NCBI GenBank assembly: GCA_021784845.1
Contig: JAJYHH010000076.1
Location: 13,374 to 77,373 of the forward strand
Length of the DNA stretch: 64,000 nt
Direction: 5' to 3'
Source of the DNA: Pseudomonadota bacterium
Lineage (GTDB): Bacteria; Pseudomonadota; Gammaproteobacteria; Acidiferrobacterales; Acidiferrobacteraceae
Shown: positions 59,701-64,000 of the stretch, piece by piece
How positions within the stretch are numbered: position 1 is the first letter of the stretch
Layout of the letters: each line of letters begins with the position of its first letter
Notes under the pieces: generated by a model
Database searches by the model: none
What the model was told of the DNA's origin: nothing
What the model saw: only the letters and a program-made list of their open reading frames with translations
Translations under genes and position numbers: made by a program

Positions 59701-60146
59701 TGCCCATGCCCTGGTGGCCGGGCGACCTCTCGTTCTCGGTGGCGTGCACATTCCCTATGAGCGCGGTCTGGCCGGTCACTCCGATGCCGACGTCCTGATG
59801 CATGCGGTCACGAGCGCATGTCTTGGGGCCGCCGCGCTTGGTGATCTGGGCCGCCACTTTCCCGCGAGCGATCCGCGCTACAAGGATTGCGACAGCCGCG
59901 TGCTGTTGCGCGCGGTGCGCGAGATGGTCAAGGCCAAGGGCTGGCGTGTCGTCAATGTTGATGCCACCATCGTGGCAGAAGCGCCGCGGCTGTCGCCGCA
60001 TACGCCGCAGATGGCGGCGCACCTTGCCGCCGATCTCGGTCTGTCCCTCGATGAGGTGAACGTCAAGGCCACGACTACCGAAGGGATGGGTTATACCGGC
60101 CGCAAGGAGGGCATGAGTGCCCACGCGGTGGTTCTGCTCGCGCCGG

Positions 60147-60163
<17 letters not shown>
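59678..60163 (+). CDS. ispF: 2-C-methyl-D-erythritol 2,4-cyclodiphosphate synthase
   Basis: [12 protein letters not shown]...[12 protein letters not shown]...[12 protein letters not shown]. It overlaps the ispD end by 23 nt. Confidence 0.95.
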
Positions 60164-62898
<2,735 letters not shown>

Positions 62899-62901
62899 AT
62901 T

Positions 62902-64000
62902 ATGGCGCAGGCCCGCTTTCGACGTGACCGTGCCGCGCTGGCTGCGACAACCAGCCGCCGGCGCCAGGAGGCCCTGGTGCTGGTGCTGGGTGCCATCGCG
63001 ATCTATGTGTTTCTGGCCCTGTGGACGTTTCACGCGTCGGATCCGGGGTGGTCGCACAGTGGCCATGGTCCGGTTCTGAATGCCGGCGGCGTGGTCGGTG
63101 CGTGGCTTGCCGATATTTTGCTGTCGCTGATCGGTCTCCCTGCCTATGTCATTCCAGTCTCGTTGCTGGTGGTGGCATGGCGCACGCTGCGTCCCCCGGT
63201 CGAGGCAGACCGTTTCGCGCACTGGACCGTGGCGGGCGCGCTCCTGGCGATCGCCAGCGCCTGCGGTCTTGCCACTTTGAATTTTGCCGGTTCACCGGTA
63301 CTGCCGTTCCGCACCGGAGGTCTGCTGGGCGGGTTCGTTTCGCAGGAGCTCGTGCGCTTCATCGATCCCGTGGGGGCCACGCTACTCTTGCTGGCCGTCT
63401 TCCTGGCGGGCTTTACGCTGTCGACCGGCTTGTCGTGGTTCGGTGTCATGGATTGGGTGGGCGATGCCGTGTTCCGGGCGGCGCGGGGAGCTCGCCATTT
63501 CGGTGATGTCATGATGGATCGGTGGCGCGGACGGGCGGCCCGGCAGGAACGCCGGGCCACCGTGCGCGAGGAACGGAAAGTGGTCAAGGAGCGGCCGGCT
63601 CCGCGGATCGAGCCGACTGTCGAACCCGAGCGCAGCATGCGCGAGGCGCGGGAGCGCCAGACGAGTTTTCTCGAGCCGCAGAATTCCGACTTGCCGGCTC
63701 TGTCGCTTCTCGATGAACCCTCAGGCGAGAAACCGAGTTTCTCCGAGCAATCGCTAAAGGCGATGTCGGATCTGCTCGTCAAGAAACTGCTCGATTTCCA
63801 CATCGAGGTGCGGGTCGTCGCCGTGCATCCCGGTCCGGTGATTACCCGCTTCGAGATCGATCCGGCGCCGGGCGTCAAGGCCAGCCAGATCACCAGCCTG
63901 CAGCGCGATCTGGCACGGGCACTGTCGGTCGTCAGTGTGCGCGTGGTGGAAAATATCCCGGGCAAGGCCTTTGTTGGACTCGAGATTCCAAACGAGCAGC
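62902..64000 (+). CDS. ftsK: DNA translocase FtsK, N-terminal part (runs off the right edge)
   Basis: The ATG at 62902 opens MAQARFRRDR..EALVLVLGAIAIYVFLALWTFHASDPGWSH (FtsK 4-TM domain). The same frame later gives LPALSLLDEP...FHIEVRVVAVHPGPVITRFEIDPAPGVKASQI. There is no stop before the window end, so it is absent from the ORF track. Confidence 0.9.
   Translation, partial: MAQARFRRDRAALAATTSRRRQEALVLVLGAIAIYVFLALWTFHASDPGWSHSGHGPVLNAGGVVGAWLADILLSLIGLPAYVIPVSLLVVAWRTLRPPVEADRFAHWTVAGALLAIASACGLATLNFAGSPVLPFRTGGLLGGFVSQELVRFIDPVGATLLLLAVFLAGFTLSTGLSWFGVMDWVGDAVFRAARGARHFGDVMMDRWRGRAARQERRATVREERKVVKERPAPRIEPTVEPERSMREARERQTSFLEPQNSDLPALSLLDEPSGEKPSFSEQSLKAMSDLLVKKLLDFHIEVRVVAVHPGPVITRFEIDPAPGVKASQITSLQRDLARALSVVSVRVVENIPGKAFVGLEIPNEQ

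Overview
GC-rich, gene-dense chromosomal segment with gammaproteobacterial core synteny. All calls come from reading the supplied translations and the DNA by eye, using motif and family recognition from memory; no searches were run. I recognised 60 protein-coding genes (two truncated at the window edges) and one tRNA. Left to right: (1) an anaerobic/NO-type corner with a partial radical SAM gene, nrdG, nnrS, a hemerythrin gene and an FNR/ANR-type regulator, plus two FNR-consensus boxes. (2) An initiator tRNA-fMet divergent from rimP-nusA-infB-rbfA-truB-rpsO-pnp. (3) A methyltransferase gene, then a minus-strand run of dksA, dedA, acs and an alpha/beta hydrolase gene. (4) cbbY-queD, convergent with a minus-strand run of an orphan ABC-2 exporter pair, mtaD, ubiG and a gph/mupP-type phosphatase gene. 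(5) mtnA-gyrA-serC-serA-pheA-hisC-tyrA-aroA-cmk-rpsA-ihfB, largely with overlapping stop and start codons, in the order I recall from Pseudomonas aeruginosa. (6) lapA-lapB-pyrF-hldA-hldD, then a compact envelope-glycan cassette (ABC half-transporter, SDR epimerase, GT4 initiating transferase, WbpM/CapD-like dehydratase) and galU. (7) A DsrE-like gene, hpt and an MTA/MTI phosphorylase gene. (8) A tightly coupled SNF2-helicase and SWIM-zinc-finger pair of unknown function. (9) A CsiV-like gene, def, mfd, a divergent carD-ispD-ispF, then smr, trxB, ald and the 5' part of ftsK. I saw no rRNA, CRISPR array, transposase, integrase or phage gene. The most plausible under-described element is the SNF2/SWIM module at 49816-53481. 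The next is the minimal glycan cassette whose only export candidate is an ABC half-transporter. Most of the window is ordinary housekeeping DNA. The long ORFs antisense to real genes are GC-composition artefacts.
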